Shown: piece after piece, positions 47,531 through 58,410 of the stretch
Layout: each line of letters opens with the position of its first letter
How positions within the stretch are numbered: the first letter of the stretch is position 1
Assembly (NCBI RefSeq): GCF_938021905.1
Contig: NZ_CALIFA010000030.1
Coordinates: 22,483-86,482, forward strand
Direction of reading: 5' to 3'
Length of the DNA stretch: 64,000 bases
Source of the DNA: Haemophilus parahaemolyticus
GTDB lineage: Bacteria; Pseudomonadota; Gammaproteobacteria; Enterobacterales; Pasteurellaceae
Program-made: the position numbers and the translations under genes
The notes under the pieces: model-generated
The model's database searches: none
Seen by the model: only the letters and a program-made list of their open reading frames with translations
What the model was told of the DNA's origin: nothing

Positions 47531-48235
47531 ATGTTTTACTACCGTTTTAATGCAAACCTTGTTCCAAAACATCAAGAAAAGTTACTTGAACAACTTTTCA
47601 CTTGCAAAAATTTTGAAAAATCTGACCGCTTACTCGGTTTTTCAAAAGGGCGAGGCATTACGTGGTTTTTAAATACTCAAGCGGAATTAGGAGTAAACAG
47701 CGTTTTACGCCATTATCGAAGAGGGGGATTATTTGGCAAAATGATCAAAGATCACTACTTTTTCAACGGCATTGAACACACACGAGCTTTTCAAGAATTT
47801 AACTTGCTAGAAAAAATGCACACTTGGGGACTTCCTGTTCCACGCCCAATTGCTATTCAAATTGAGAAAAAGTATTGCTGTTACCGTGCCGATATTATGA
47901 TCGAAAAAGTTGAAAATACGCGTGATTTAAGCCAGATTTTACGAAATAGAACACTAACTGATGAACAATATCAGCAAATCGGAAAACTTATCCGACAACT
48001 GCACAATCATCAAGTGCACCATACAGATCTTAATATTCACAATATTTTACAAGATACAAGCGGTCAATTTTGGCTTATCGATTTTGACAAGTGCTATATT
48101 CAACAAGGCGATAGCTGGAAAAAACACAATTTAGACCGCTTGTTAAGATCGTTTCACAAAGAGCAAAACCGACTAAATATTCACTTTAGTGAACAGAATT
48201 GGCAGGCTTTGATGAATGGGTATCAAAAAGCATAA
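47531..48235 (+). CDS. kdkA: 3-deoxy-D-manno-octulosonic acid (Kdo) kinase
   Basis: 234 aa. Kdo kinase family signatures (RHYRRGGLFGK, HHTDLNIHNIL, WLIDFDKC). Confidence 0.65.
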   Translation: MFYYRFNANLVPKHQEKLLEQLFTCKNFEKSDRLLGFSKGRGITWFLNTQAELGVNSVLRHYRRGGLFGKMIKDHYFFNGIEHTRAFQEFNLLEKMHTWGLPVPRPIAIQIEKKYCCYRADIMIEKVENTRDLSQILRNRTLTDEQYQQIGKLIRQLHNHQVHHTDLNIHNILQDTSGQFWLIDFDKCYIQQGDSWKKHNLDRLLRSFHKEQNRLNIHFSEQNWQALMNGYQKA

Positions 48236-48264
48236 AAGATAGATACCCCATCTTTTACTCTCTA

Positions 48265-48951
48265 CTAATAGAAAATCCATATAGCTAATTTATACATTAT
48301 TGGAGCAAAAATAGAAGAAAGTACACCGCAGGCCACTAGTGCAATTGAGCTATAACTCCCTGTTTTTACACTGTATTCCATACAACGCCCCGTACCTAAT
48401 GCGTGGGAAACTGATCCCATCGTTAAACCGATTGCACGTACATTTCGTACGCCCAACCAATGTAAAATAGAGAAACCAAAAACAGAACCCAATAAACCTG
48501 CAATCATTACACCCACAGCAGTAATCGCAGAGCTTCCGCCAATTTGTCCTGCAATCGCAATCGCAATCGGTGTTGAAACGGATTTAGGAATAATAGTCGC
48601 TAAAATATCTTGATGTGCCCCCAGAATTACAGCAAAGAATACACCTGTGAACATTGCGACAAAGGTACTAAAAAGTAATACTGCCATAATAGGCTTCCAT
48701 TTTTTGCGAATTTGTGGGAGCTGTTCATAAAAGGGTAAAGCTAAAGCAACAACCGAAACACCAAGTAAATTATTTAGCGGGAAATTACCTTGATAGTAAG
48801 AATGATAGGGAATATCCCAAAAATAGAGCAATGCCACCACAATCACCAACGCAATCAGGAATGGATTTAGCACGCTAGAACGCAATTTTCTGCTGATTTG
48901 TTGCCCTGCAAGAAAAGCAAAAATGGTTAGGAGAGAAAAGAGATAAATCAT
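48265..48951 (-). CDS. lrgB: LrgB/CidB-family membrane protein
   Basis: 228 aa multi-TM, paired with an upstream LrgA-like gene. Confidence 0.75.
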   Translation of the reverse strand: MIYLFSLLTIFAFLAGQQISRKLRSSVLNPFLIALVIVVALLYFWDIPYHSYYQGNFPLNNLLGVSVVALALPFYEQLPQIRKKWKPIMAVLLFSTFVAMFTGVFFAVILGAHQDILATIIPKSVSTPIAIAIAGQIGGSSAITAVGVMIAGLLGSVFGFSILHWLGVRNVRAIGLTMGSVSHALGTGRCMEYSVKTGSYSSIALVACGVLSSIFAPIMYKLAIWIFY

Positions 48952-48959
48952 AGCTGCCC

Positions 48960-49340
48960 CTATTTATATCGATGGAACATTTTTTGTGCGAATAAACCGA
49001 TTAACACTAACGATAAGGTAGTGCTAAGGATATTAGCGAGCAAGAATGAGACTGCGTGCGAATATAACACATCCACGTGTTCAATAATTTCTGCACAGAC
49101 AGGGATGAAAAACACGGTCATATAACGCGTTAATGGACGAGCACTCGGCGTAACCCACTCCACTTTAACCACACCAATCACAAGGCAAGCGAAGAGTAAT
49201 AACATTCCCCAGATGCTATCTGAAATACCTATTGGAATTAAGTAGGCAATCAGCTTCCCTAGATAAAGCATTCCAAAGAGCAAAGCAAGTGAGAGTAAAA
49301 GGCGAATGACTTTAAAAATCACAGTTCCTCCTAAAAACAA
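48960..49340 (-). CDS. lrgA: LrgA/CidA-family holin-like protein
   Basis: 126 aa, 4 TM, immediately upstream of lrgB. Confidence 0.7.
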   Translation of the reverse strand: MFLGGTVIFKVIRLLLSLALLFGMLYLGKLIAYLIPIGISDSIWGMLLLFACLVIGVVKVEWVTPSARPLTRYMTVFFIPVCAEIIEHVDVLYSHAVSFLLANILSTTLSLVLIGLFAQKMFHRYK

Positions 49341-49447
49341 GCGGTATCATTTCACTTACTTTTTGCAAATCACAATCGAATTTTTTTATGATTTGTAAAA
49401 AATAAGCCAAATTATACCGCTTTAGAAGTAAGAAAATTTGATTTAGC

Positions 49448-51370
49448 TTAAGGTTTTTTCAAAAAATCTACCACTTTCCCTAAATCCCTTGTGCGTTTTG
49501 AGGGCGGTAAACTCTTGAGGAAGGTTGCACCATAGTTACGCATTACCAAACGGTTATCGCAAATAATCACCACACCGCGGTCAGTAACATCGCGAATCAA
49601 TCGCCCAACCCCCTGTTTTAAGGTAATAACTGCTTCTGGAATTTGAATATCGTTAAACGGATCACCACCTTGCAAGCGGCAATCTTCCATTCTTGCTTTA
49701 AATAATGGTTCATCAGGCGAGGTAAACGGCAGTTTGTCAATAATCACCAGTGACAAATCATCGCCTCGCACATCAATGCCTTCCCAGAAACTTTGAGTAG
49801 CCACCAGCACAGAGTGCTCTTCTTTGACAAATTTCTCAAGCAGTTTTGCTTTGCTAGTTTCGCCTTGCAGTAATACATTCAGGTTGGTATGCTCACGCAA
49901 ATAATCGGCAAACCCTCGCATCATATAATAAGAAGTGCAAAGTAAAAAACAACGCCCTTTGTTGGCTTCAATCACAGGCTTAAGCATTTCACCAAGCGTT
50001 GTGAGCGTATGCGATTTATTACTATCAGGTAGATAACGAGGCACGCAAAGCAGAGATTGTTTTTCATAATCAAACGGGCTTTGCAACACCAGTTGTTCTG
50101 CATTTGAAATACCTAAACGATAGCAAAAATGATCGAAACTTTCGCCAACTTCAAGCGTTGCAGAAGTAAAAACCCAGCCCGATTGCAATGTTTTCATCTG
50201 TTCGCTGAATTTATCCGCCACTGTTAATGGAGTAATATGTAAGCCAAATGAACGCCCATTAGCCTCATACCAGTAGCAATAGCCTGTTACTGTAGTATCG
50301 CCAAATTTTTTGAGCAAATTTTTCACTTCGGCAAGGCGCTCAAAAATTTTATCGAGCATTTCTGAACGACCAAGCGATTTTTTGATGACTTCACTCAAGA
50401 AATCGATATTTTCACTAATTTTGGTTAGACCATTTACCACTTTTTGATCGGTAAAGAGTTCACGTAAATTGCCACGCACTTGCCCATCTGTTCCCATTAA
50501 GAGACGAAAATCTTGTACCGTTTTCTGCAAATGATCGGCTGCTTTACCAAGCTGTGATAAATCTTTTAACTCCGAGCGGTAAACGATGTTGCAATCTTTG
50601 CAAAGATCAAACAGCAAACGGGACGTTAGCGATTGCCCAAAATATTGGCTGGCAATATCAGGCAGCTGATGGGCTTCATCAAAAATCACCAACTCAGCTT
50701 CAGGAATCAACTCACCAAAGCCTGTTTCTTTCACTGCCATATCCGCACAAAAAAGGTGATGATTGACAACTACAATATCCGCATCCATCGCTTTTTTACG
50801 TGCTTGTACCACGTGGCAATCTTTATAATTCGGGCAGTCTGAACCTAAACAGCTTTCTGTTGTGCTGACCAATTGCGGTAAAATCGGGCTATCTTCGGCA
50901 ATCGTCGTACATTCACTTAAGTCGCCCGTTTTAGTGGATTGATGCCATTTTCGCACTTTTGAAAGATCATTAAGCACCGAACGATCGCCTGCCACCCCCA
51001 TCGCAATCAGCTGATCTAAACGTTCTAAACAGAGGTAATTCGCGCGCCCTTTAAGTAAGGCGACCTTGCCTTTATATTTCAAAGCTTTTTGAATGGTTGG
51101 CAAATCGCGATTAAACAGCTGATCTTGTAAGTTTTTTGAGCCTGTGGAAACAATCGTTTTCTTGCCCGAAAGCAAGGCAGGCACTAAATAGGCAAAGGTT
51201 TTTCCTGTGCCTGTCCCAGCCTCTACCACCGCAGGAGTTGCAAATTTTACTGCTCTTCCGACCGCTTGTGCCATTTCAAGCTGGACAGCCCGTGGGCGAA
51301 AGCCTTGAATATTGGTGCTTAACCAGCCATCTTTACTGAAAGCATGGTCAATTTTGTCTGTGTATTTCAT
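49448..51370 (-). CDS. yoaA: DinG-family ATP-dependent DNA helicase YoaA
   Basis: 640 aa. DEAD_2 helicase with Walker A GTGTGKT, a DEAH box and a Cys-rich FeS motif. Confidence 0.85.
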   Translation of the reverse strand: MKYTDKIDHAFSKDGWLSTNIQGFRPRAVQLEMAQAVGRAVKFATPAVVEAGTGTGKTFAYLVPALLSGKKTIVSTGSKNLQDQLFNRDLPTIQKALKYKGKVALLKGRANYLCLERLDQLIAMGVAGDRSVLNDLSKVRKWHQSTKTGDLSECTTIAEDSPILPQLVSTTESCLGSDCPNYKDCHVVQARKKAMDADIVVVNHHLFCADMAVKETGFGELIPEAELVIFDEAHQLPDIASQYFGQSLTSRLLFDLCKDCNIVYRSELKDLSQLGKAADHLQKTVQDFRLLMGTDGQVRGNLRELFTDQKVVNGLTKISENIDFLSEVIKKSLGRSEMLDKIFERLAEVKNLLKKFGDTTVTGYCYWYEANGRSFGLHITPLTVADKFSEQMKTLQSGWVFTSATLEVGESFDHFCYRLGISNAEQLVLQSPFDYEKQSLLCVPRYLPDSNKSHTLTTLGEMLKPVIEANKGRCFLLCTSYYMMRGFADYLREHTNLNVLLQGETSKAKLLEKFVKEEHSVLVATQSFWEGIDVRGDDLSLVIIDKLPFTSPDEPLFKARMEDCRLQGGDPFNDIQIPEAVITLKQGVGRLIRDVTDRGVVIICDNRLVMRNYGATFLKSLPPSKRTRDLGKVVDFLKKP

Positions 51371-51456
51371 CGTATTTATCTAGATCACAAAAGGGCGTGT
51401 TCAACACGCCCCTATGCTAAGAGCAACACAGTTGCTACAATTTCTTAATCAATAAA

Positions 51457-52257
51457 TTAAACACCCAACAGCAATCCATCATCCGCTAATTGTTCGTGGC
51501 GGTTTTGTTGGAAAAGTTGCAATAGATCGGGCACATCCATTTGTTTACGCTTTTCGCCAGACACATCAAACGCAACTTGCCCTTGATGCAACATCACAGT
51601 GCGATCTCCATATTCTAGTGCTTGTTTCATTGAATGGGTTACCATTAAAGTGGTTAGTTTCTGTTCTCGAACAATTTTATCAGTCAGTTGCATCACAAAA
51701 TCGGTTGTTTTTGGGTCGAGTGCTGCGGTGTGTTCGTCCAGCAAGAGAATACTTGAGGGTTGAAGCGAGGCCATCAATAGGCTCACTGCTTGCCGCTGAC
51801 CGCCCGATAAACGCCCCATTCGATCGGTTAAGCGGTTTTCTAAGCCTAAACCTAACAGAGCCAATTTTTCACGGAAAATTTCACGTTGTTGGCGTTTAAT
51901 AGCAAATGAAAAACCACGTTTTTGCCCGCGTTGATAAGCTAGTGCCATATTCTCTTCAATGGTAAGATCTTCACACGTACCCGCCATTGGGTCTTGAAAC
52001 ACGCGAGCAACACGATTCGCACGTTGCCAGCTGCTACTTTGATTCACATTCTGACCTTGAATTAAAATCTCACCGCTATCCACTGAACAATCGCCACTAA
52101 TCGCATTCAGCATAGTAGACTTCCCCGCTCCGTTGCTACCAATAACGGAAACAAATTCGCCTTGCCCAACTGTTAATGATAAGCCTTTTAATACTGAGTT
52201 TTCAATTGCCGTGCCTTTATTGAAGGTAATGAATACATTTTTTAGCTCAATCATCAT
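51457..52257 (-). CDS. ABC transporter ATP-binding protein (uncharacterised COG1101-type)
   Basis: 266 aa. Walker A GSNGAGKST, signature LSGGQRQ, Walker B LLLDEHTAALD. It overlaps the stop of the upstream permease. Confidence 0.8.
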   Translation of the reverse strand: MMIELKNVFITFNKGTAIENSVLKGLSLTVGQGEFVSVIGSNGAGKSTMLNAISGDCSVDSGEILIQGQNVNQSSSWQRANRVARVFQDPMAGTCEDLTIEENMALAYQRGQKRGFSFAIKRQQREIFREKLALLGLGLENRLTDRMGRLSGGQRQAVSLLMASLQPSSILLLDEHTAALDPKTTDFVMQLTDKIVREQKLTTLMVTHSMKQALEYGDRTVMLHQGQVAFDVSGEKRKQMDVPDLLQLFQQNRHEQLADDGLLLGV

Positions 52258-53207
52258 TAACCCCGTTTTGCCAAAAAGCGTTGTTTTAATTTTGGTAATA
52301 CTAACACAAAAACGACCAAAAGTGCTGTAATTAAATTCAGATCTTGCGGCCCGAAACCAATCGAATTTAACGCTTCATTATTCAAGGCTAATGCAATAAA
52401 ACCACGATACAACACCGAGCCAATTAAAACTGCAGTAGTTAGCCAGATAATACGTTTTGCTGAGAATAATGCTTCGCCGATAATAACCGCCGCCAAGCCA
52501 ATTACGATTGTGCCCACGCCGATGGAAATATCCACTCCACCATTGCTTTGTACATACAATGCTCCAGCTAAAGCAATCAAGCCGTTAGAAATTGCCATCC
52601 CTAAAATGGTCATTTTATTGATGTTAATCCCTTGTGCTTTTGCCATTCGGGTATTAGTACCTGTCGCTCTTACAGCCAAGCCGATTTGAGTTGAGAAGAA
52701 AAGGTCAAATAAAATTTTGGCAATAATCACCACAAAAAACGCCATCAACAAACGCACTAATGCAAGTTGCACATCATCTTCAATGGGCATCACATCATAA
52801 ATTGTCGCTTCACCAAGTAAGGCAAGATTTGGCATTCCCATAATGCGAAGATTGATGGAATAAAGGGCAATCATCATTAAAATACTGGAAAGCAATTTTT
52901 CGATTTTAAAGCCAATGTAAAGGCTTGCCGTAATCACACCTGCCAATGCACCTGCTAATGTGCCCAAAAGTGTCGCAATCCAAGGATTTAGACCTTGCAA
53001 GATACAAACCACGCAAACTGCTCCACCTAAAGGAAAAGAGCCATCTGCGGTTAAATCAGGGAAATCTAAAATTTTATAAGAAATCAACACGCCCAAAGCA
53101 ACAAGAGCATAAATCAAACCAAGCTCCAACGCTCCAATCCAAGAGATATTGCTTAAAAACTGCTGAAGAAAGTGAACGAGAATATCCATTGTAAAATTAT
53201 TTTGCAA
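52257..53207 (-). CDS. ABC transporter permease (branched-chain-amino-acid-permease-like fold, COG4120-type)
   Basis: 316 aa, about 8-10 TM. Translationally coupled to the ATPase. No substrate-binding protein gene is adjacent. Confidence 0.7.
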   Translation of the reverse strand: MQNNFTMDILVHFLQQFLSNISWIGALELGLIYALVALGVLISYKILDFPDLTADGSFPLGGAVCVVCILQGLNPWIATLLGTLAGALAGVITASLYIGFKIEKLLSSILMMIALYSINLRIMGMPNLALLGEATIYDVMPIEDDVQLALVRLLMAFFVVIIAKILFDLFFSTQIGLAVRATGTNTRMAKAQGININKMTILGMAISNGLIALAGALYVQSNGGVDISIGVGTIVIGLAAVIIGEALFSAKRIIWLTTAVLIGSVLYRGFIALALNNEALNSIGFGPQDLNLITALLVVFVLVLPKLKQRFLAKRG

Positions 53208-53386
53208 ATTACACTACTAAACTAGTACGGTGATTTTAAGGGATTTCACAAAAATTTGCAATTTTTCCGCAAATTTAGCCACTTGAGCCAAAAAGAAAAA
53301 CGAAGAGAATCTTCACTTTACTATCTTAGACTAACGACTTACCATTGATAAAGTGTTCAATTTGACTAAAATTCATAAAGATTTAT

Positions 53387-53638
53387 TTAAATCATTTTTA
53401 GTTTCAAAAAAAAGTAGGAAGAACACATTTTTTTCTTTTCTAAGAGCAAAATATTTTCTTCATCACATACTAATTCAATATCTCGCACACTTTCTTGGCG
53501 AAGAAGAAGTATAACGTGACAAGGTCTCACATAAGTCCTGCTCTTTTTTTTAAAGAATAATAGAGGCATTGGGCAAAGATATTCCGTTAAATCTAATTGG
53601 TAGTTTCGCATAATTCTGGCAAAAAATAACCGCTTCAT
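53387..53638 (-). CDS. Possible TusA/YedF-like small protein (CPxP motif); low-confidence ORF
   Basis: LDLTEYLCPMPLL... followed by ...VRDIELVCDEENILLLEKK, resembling the TusA pattern (CPxP ... RDIP.FC...EL). AT-rich, no convincing SD, start ambiguous (alternative ATG at 53611). Confidence 0.3.
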   Translation of the reverse strand: MKRLFFARIMRNYQLDLTEYLCPMPLLFFKKKSRTYVRPCHVILLLRQESVRDIELVCDEENILLLEKKKMCSSYFFLKLKMI

Positions 53639-53662
53639 CTGGAACGATCAAGCGGTCGAGTT

Positions 53663-54133
53663 CTATTCCTTTTCAGTTAATGTCGTTTTATCACTAAATA
53701 CAATCAATCTTGCCACTTTATATACTTCAATTTTTTCTTGGGTATTTAAAAAAGCAGGACGATACTTTTCTTCAATTTTCGCAAAAGGAATTTGTAAATT
53801 GAGTGACAATGACTGTTTAGGCTGTAAGGTATTTTCTAGATCTAACTGCATATCTTGACTATAAACAACTTGGCGATTATGAACATAAACACTGATCCAC
53901 TGAATGTTAGCCATAGGTTTATCCGTATTATTCGTAATCTTATATTTAAATTGAGATAATGCCTGCCCATTTTGGTCAATAATTATCTCTCGTTCTTGTG
54001 TTGTAATAGTCAAAGCATTTTGCATAGAATACGAGGCTTGATTCTCTTTTACTTCACTGTTTTTAGGTGCTGCAATAGCAAAAGAAACATTAAAAACAAA
54101 TGTTGATAAGGCTATCCAGTTTAATAATTTCAT
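53663..54133 (-). CDS. Small secreted protein of unknown function
   Basis: 156 aa with a clear signal peptide (MKLLNWIALSTFVFNVSFAIAA). No recognisable domain. It starts 4 nt after the stop of the hemerythrin-like gene. Confidence 0.6.
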   Translation of the reverse strand: MKLLNWIALSTFVFNVSFAIAAPKNSEVKENQASYSMQNALTITTQEREIIIDQNGQALSQFKYKITNNTDKPMANIQWISVYVHNRQVVYSQDMQLDLENTLQPKQSLSLNLQIPFAKIEEKYRPAFLNTQEKIEVYKVARLIVFSDKTTLTEKE

Positions 54134-54137
54134 TTAA

Positions 54138-54656
54138 TTACCCTTTTATTTTTCTGCGTTCTGCCATTACTTGCCCTATTTCCGCTAATTTTTCTTGAGA
54201 GAGATGTTCCTTTCCTAATTCAAATAATGGCTCCTCAAGTGGAATATGCAAATCATAGCCCGAAATAAACCGCTTGATTAACGCCTCATCCACAGAATTT
54301 CGTTTATCCTCTAATAATTCTCTCAATTGAATCGCCAGTGCATCCCAACTCTGATGCAAATGAATATGCTGACTTTCAAGTGCATCAATCTGTTCTTGTG
54401 CTTGGGGGTAAACAGCCACCAATGCGGGGAAGAAATCCCGTTCTTCGTCCTCATGATGCAACGGTGCAGAAACGTTAAAGTAGGTCAAAATCTGTTGTAC
54501 ATCATTTTTTACCGCCTGATTCACACCATGCTCAGCCAAATAAGCAGGTAAAATTTGTAACTGCTTGCAAAAGCGTTTTACCTTACTATGACAAGCATAA
54601 AGCATATCAACTGGCTCTGCCCAAGTTGCGAATTGTTGTGGTTCAAATTGTTGCAT
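54138..54656 (-). CDS. Hemerythrin-like (HHE cation-binding) domain protein
   Basis: 172 aa. Spaced His/Glu ligands (H22, LHHEDEE, QHIHLHQ, HIPLEE). It lies 1 nt downstream of znuB. Confidence 0.55.
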   Translation of the reverse strand: MQQFEPQQFATWAEPVDMLYACHSKVKRFCKQLQILPAYLAEHGVNQAVKNDVQQILTYFNVSAPLHHEDEERDFFPALVAVYPQAQEQIDALESQHIHLHQSWDALAIQLRELLEDKRNSVDEALIKRFISGYDLHIPLEEPLFELGKEHLSQEKLAEIGQVMAERRKIKG

Positions 54657-54657
54657 A

Positions 54658-55488
54658 TTATGCCTCTTTTTTAAATAAACTTAACAAAAACAATGCCCCC
54701 GCACACACTACTACTGATGGTCCTGCAGGGGTGTCTTTAATCCCTGAAAATAGCAGTCCGAGAGAGACCGCAATAATGCTAAAAACAGTGGCATAAATAA
54801 CCATTGCTTCTGGTGTGCGAGCGAAACGTCTTGCCGTGGCAGATGGAATAATTAAAAGTGAAGTAATAATTAACGCCCCAACAAATTTCATACTCAAGGC
54901 AATTGTTAATGCGGTAAGAAGCATCAGTAATAATCGCACACGAGCAACATTCAATCCTTCAACTTGTGCCAATTCTGGGCTAATCGTAATAGAAAGTAGT
55001 TTAGACCAGAAGAAGGCTAAAATTCCACCAATCACAATGACACCAATACCGATAAAAATAACATCGTTAAAGTTGATCGCCAAAAGATCACCAAATAGGT
55101 AAGACATTAAATCTACGCGGACATTATCAAGCAAACTAATCGTAATCACCCCAAGCGAAAGGCTGCAATGGGCGATAATGCCGAGTACGGTATCGACTGA
55201 GTAATTGGTTTTGTGCTCAAGCCAGACTAAAGCCATTGCGAGAATAACTGTCATGACGATCACAGCAATATAAGGATCAACCTCAAGAAAGATGCCTAGT
55301 GCCACGCCAAGCAGTGCCGAGTGAGAAAGCGTATCGCCAAAATACGCCATTTTCCGCCAAACAACAAAAGCACCAAGCGGTGCGGTAATCATTGAGAGTA
55401 ATAAGCCTGCAAGCCAGGCAGGAAGTAGAATATCAAGCATAATGTTACAGGCAGTCAAATTTGCAAATATTTCTGCAAATCCCACCAC
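54658..55488 (-). CDS. znuB: Zinc ABC transporter permease ZnuB
   Basis: Collinear with E. coli ZnuB from [12 protein letters not shown] (which would start at 55440). An SD (agagga) supports the upstream GTG near 55485-55488. No znuC is adjacent. Confidence 0.85.
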   Translation of the reverse strand: MVGFAEIFANLTACNIMLDILLPAWLAGLLLSMITAPLGAFVVWRKMAYFGDTLSHSALLGVALGIFLEVDPYIAVIVMTVILAMALVWLEHKTNYSVDTVLGIIAHCSLSLGVITISLLDNVRVDLMSYLFGDLLAINFNDVIFIGIGVIVIGGILAFFWSKLLSITISPELAQVEGLNVARVRLLLMLLTALTIALSMKFVGALIITSLLIIPSATARRFARTPEAMVIYATVFSIIAVSLGLLFSGIKDTPAGPSVVVCAGALFLLSLFKKEA

Positions 55489-55508
55489 TTTCCTCTATTT
55501 ATATTGGA

Positions 55509-56846
55509 CTATCTATATCGTTTTTGTGGGCTTTGAATATCTTGTACCTTCAGCCACGCCATTTTTTCTTTGATCTGTTTTTCCATTCCACGCTCAGTTG
55601 GAAAATAGAATGCTGTATCTTTCAACTCAGGTGGGAAATAATTTTCACCTGCGGCATAAGCGTTCAATTCATTGTGAGCATAACGATACTCATCGCCATA
55701 ACCCAGTGATTTCATCAACTGTGTTGGTGCATTACGTAAATGCTCTGGCACATCATAATCTTTCGCCTCTTTTGCCAAACGTTTTGCCTCATTGAACGCC
55801 GTATAAACTGCATTGCTTTTTGGGGCAACAGCCAAATAAATGACCGCTTGTGCAATAGCTCGCTCACCTTCATAAGCTCCTACTCTGGTATAGCAATCCC
55901 AAGCGTTAATTGCAATTTGCATCGCACGTGGATCGGCATTCCCAATATCTTCAGAGGCAATGGCTAATAATCGGCGTGCAACATAAAGTGGGTCACCGCC
56001 TGCAGTTAAAATGCGGGCATACCAATATAATGCACCATCAGGCGAAGAGCCTCGAATAGATTTATGTAGTGCTGAAATTAGATCGTAATAGTGATCTCCT
56101 CCTTTATCAAAACGGGCTTGTCGTTCGCCTAAAATTTCTGTTAACAAGGATTTATTGAGTAACTTGCCTTTTGCGGTCGTTTCCGCCATATCCGACATTA
56201 ACTCTAAGCAATTTAATGCATAACGAGCATCACCATTCACATAATCGGCAAGTAAATCAAGTACTTCATCTTCAAATACAAAAATCTCGCTACCCAAGCC
56301 CCGCTCTTTATCGGTCAAAGCTTGCTCTAATACACTTAGAATATCTTGCTTTTGAAGTGGTTTGAGAATGTAAATTCTAGCCCGAGAAAGCAAGGCATTA
56401 TTTAATTCAAAGGATGGATTTTCGGTTGTTGCACCAATAAAAATAATCGTGCCATCTTCAATATGAGGCAAAAACGCATCTTGTTGGCTTTTATTAAAAC
56501 GATGCACTTCGTCCACAAACAGCACCGTTCTTCTACCTGTTTGCTGATTTAATTTTGCTTTATCAATGGCTTCACGGATCTCTTTAATGCCAGATGTTAC
56601 TGCTGAAAGACGCTCTACTTCTGCATTCAGATGATACGCAATAATCTCTGCTAATGTGGTTTTACCCGTGCCAGGGGGACCCCAGAAGATCATTGAATGA
56701 GCTCGTTGCATTGCAATCGCTTTTTGCAGTGGCTTGCCTTCGGCAATTAGATGCGATTGTCCACGATATTCTGTCAGTGTACGAGGGCGCATTCGGGCTG
56801 AAAGCGGTCGAAAATCTTCAGCAAAATCTAAAGAGAGAGTGCTCAT
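55509..56846 (-). CDS. rarA: Replication-associated recombination protein A (AAA+ ATPase)
   Basis: From [12 protein letters not shown] (ATG 56846, SD gaggaggg). Walker [10 protein letters not shown]. Collinear with E. coli RarA to the C-terminal ...KRYR. Confidence 0.95.
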   Translation of the reverse strand: MSTLSLDFAEDFRPLSARMRPRTLTEYRGQSHLIAEGKPLQKAIAMQRAHSMIFWGPPGTGKTTLAEIIAYHLNAEVERLSAVTSGIKEIREAIDKAKLNQQTGRRTVLFVDEVHRFNKSQQDAFLPHIEDGTIIFIGATTENPSFELNNALLSRARIYILKPLQKQDILSVLEQALTDKERGLGSEIFVFEDEVLDLLADYVNGDARYALNCLELMSDMAETTAKGKLLNKSLLTEILGERQARFDKGGDHYYDLISALHKSIRGSSPDGALYWYARILTAGGDPLYVARRLLAIASEDIGNADPRAMQIAINAWDCYTRVGAYEGERAIAQAVIYLAVAPKSNAVYTAFNEAKRLAKEAKDYDVPEHLRNAPTQLMKSLGYGDEYRYAHNELNAYAAGENYFPPELKDTAFYFPTERGMEKQIKEKMAWLKVQDIQSPQKRYR

Positions 56847-56857
56847 TTTTCCCTCCT

Positions 56858-57346
56858 CTAACGTAAACGTAATTGACGACGAATTTGTCTCATGAGCAAG
56901 AAGACCCAAGGCCAGAGAATACCGCTAATTACTGCTCCAATAATTTCTTGACTATTGAAAGTAGCAGAATGCAACAGTGTTCCAATTAAATAGATAAAAA
57001 TGCGAATGGCAATAATATAAGCAATTACAATCACACCTTGTAACCAAAGAGAGAGATTTCGCAAAATAAGATGGTGTTTTGCAACAAAATAGATCGCTAT
57101 AGAAAGCACAAGTGCGTGAACACCAAGCACTGAGCCTAAAATCAAATCCCAAATGATGCCAGCTACAAAAGCCGTACCCACACTGACTTTATCAGGCAGT
57201 GCCAATGCCCAATAAATCAACACAAGAATAAGCCAAGAAGGGCGAAAGCCTTGCAAACCAACAGGCCAAGGCATAATTTCTAAAATCAAGGCGACCACAA
57301 AAATAAACGCCAACACAATAATTTGGAAAAGTGGATGCTGTCGCAT
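56858..57346 (-). CDS. mreD: Rod shape-determining protein MreD
   Basis: 162 aa multi-TM, last gene of mreBCD. Confidence 0.85.
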   Translation of the reverse strand: MRQHPLFQIIVLAFIFVVALILEIMPWPVGLQGFRPSWLILVLIYWALALPDKVSVGTAFVAGIIWDLILGSVLGVHALVLSIAIYFVAKHHLILRNLSLWLQGVIVIAYIIAIRIFIYLIGTLLHSATFNSQEIIGAVISGILWPWVFLLMRQIRRQLRLR

Positions 57347-58410
57347 TATTCTGCTCCCTGTTCAGTATGATGTTCTTGGTCTTGCACAGGTTCTGGTTGG
57401 GCTGCAGGGTTATCCGAAGCTTCATCTGTTTGATCAAGAACCTCTGGTTTCTCTTCTGACTTATCCTCAACCTGCTCTTTCTTATTTGTTAAATTACGCA
57501 AACGATCAATTGGGCTAACGCTACGACGACGCTCTTCAACCACCTCTCGCACTTCTTGGGGAGAAAGGGCTTGGGCTTTACGCATTTCGTCGTTAATTGG
57601 CCAAAGTAACAGCAAGTAACGCAAGCGGTCTAAAGAAGCAAGCGGTTTTGCAATAATTCGAGCAAATTGGCTTTTTGTATCATTGGTTACACTTTCTACA
57701 ATTGCTACGGGATAACCTTCTGGAAAGCGACCACCTAAGCCCGAAGTAACAAGTACATCGTCTTTCACAATATCAGTCGAACGAGGCAGATTATCGATAA
57801 CAAGTTCGTCATTATGCCCTGTACCATTTGCAATGCCTCGCACATCATTACGTAATACCTGCACAGGCACAGCATGAGTAATATCGGTAATCAGCAACAC
57901 GCGGCTCATATTCTCGCCCACAGAAATTACTTGGCCCACAACACCGCGTTCGTCAATTACCGCCTGCCCAACATAAGCACCTGTTTTTTGCCCTTGATTG
58001 ATAACTACTTGCTGGCGATAAGCATCCATCTCTGAGGTTAAAACTTCAGTGATTTTCTTATATTCATCTTGACGCAATGGTGAGCCTAACAGCAAACGCA
58101 GACGTTGGTTTTCAACTTTTAGCTGATCGAGTAACAACAAATCGGCATTTTTCTCGCGAAGTTGCTCTTTTAACACTCGGTTCTCAAGCTGCAATTTGTT
58201 AGTATCAATAAAATTATCACTGATGCCATCTAACACAGAGCGAGGTGTATTGGCAAAATAATATAAGCCACTGACTGCGGTTTCGAGCATATTACGAATT
58301 TGGATCATCGCACTGCTTCGACCATCTAATGTAATCAGCGTGATTGAAATACAAATTGCAAAGAAGAGGCGAACCCCTAAAGAGGGGGCTTTCGCAAAAA
58401 TTGGCTTCAT
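57346..58410 (-). CDS. mreC: Rod shape-determining protein MreC
   Basis: 354 aa. N-terminal TM, a coiled coil, beta-rich domains, and an acidic/Gln-rich C-terminal tail. Confidence 0.9.
   Translation of the reverse strand: MKPIFAKAPSLGVRLFFAICISITLITLDGRSSAMIQIRNMLETAVSGLYYFANTPRSVLDGISDNFIDTNKLQLENRVLKEQLREKNADLLLLDQLKVENQRLRLLLGSPLRQDEYKKITEVLTSEMDAYRQQVVINQGQKTGAYVGQAVIDERGVVGQVISVGENMSRVLLITDITHAVPVQVLRNDVRGIANGTGHNDELVIDNLPRSTDIVKDDVLVTSGLGGRFPEGYPVAIVESVTNDTKSQFARIIAKPLASLDRLRYLLLLWPINDEMRKAQALSPQEVREVVEERRRSVSPIDRLRNLTNKKEQVEDKSEEKPEVLDQTDEASDNPAAQPEPVQDQEHHTEQGAE

Noticed and set aside
51371-51456. Looked for a LexA (SOS) box upstream of the DinG-family helicase yoaA
   Set aside because: No CTGT-N8-ACAG match. 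The region instead contains the terminator hairpin gggcgtgttgaacacgccc of the upstream ABC gene.
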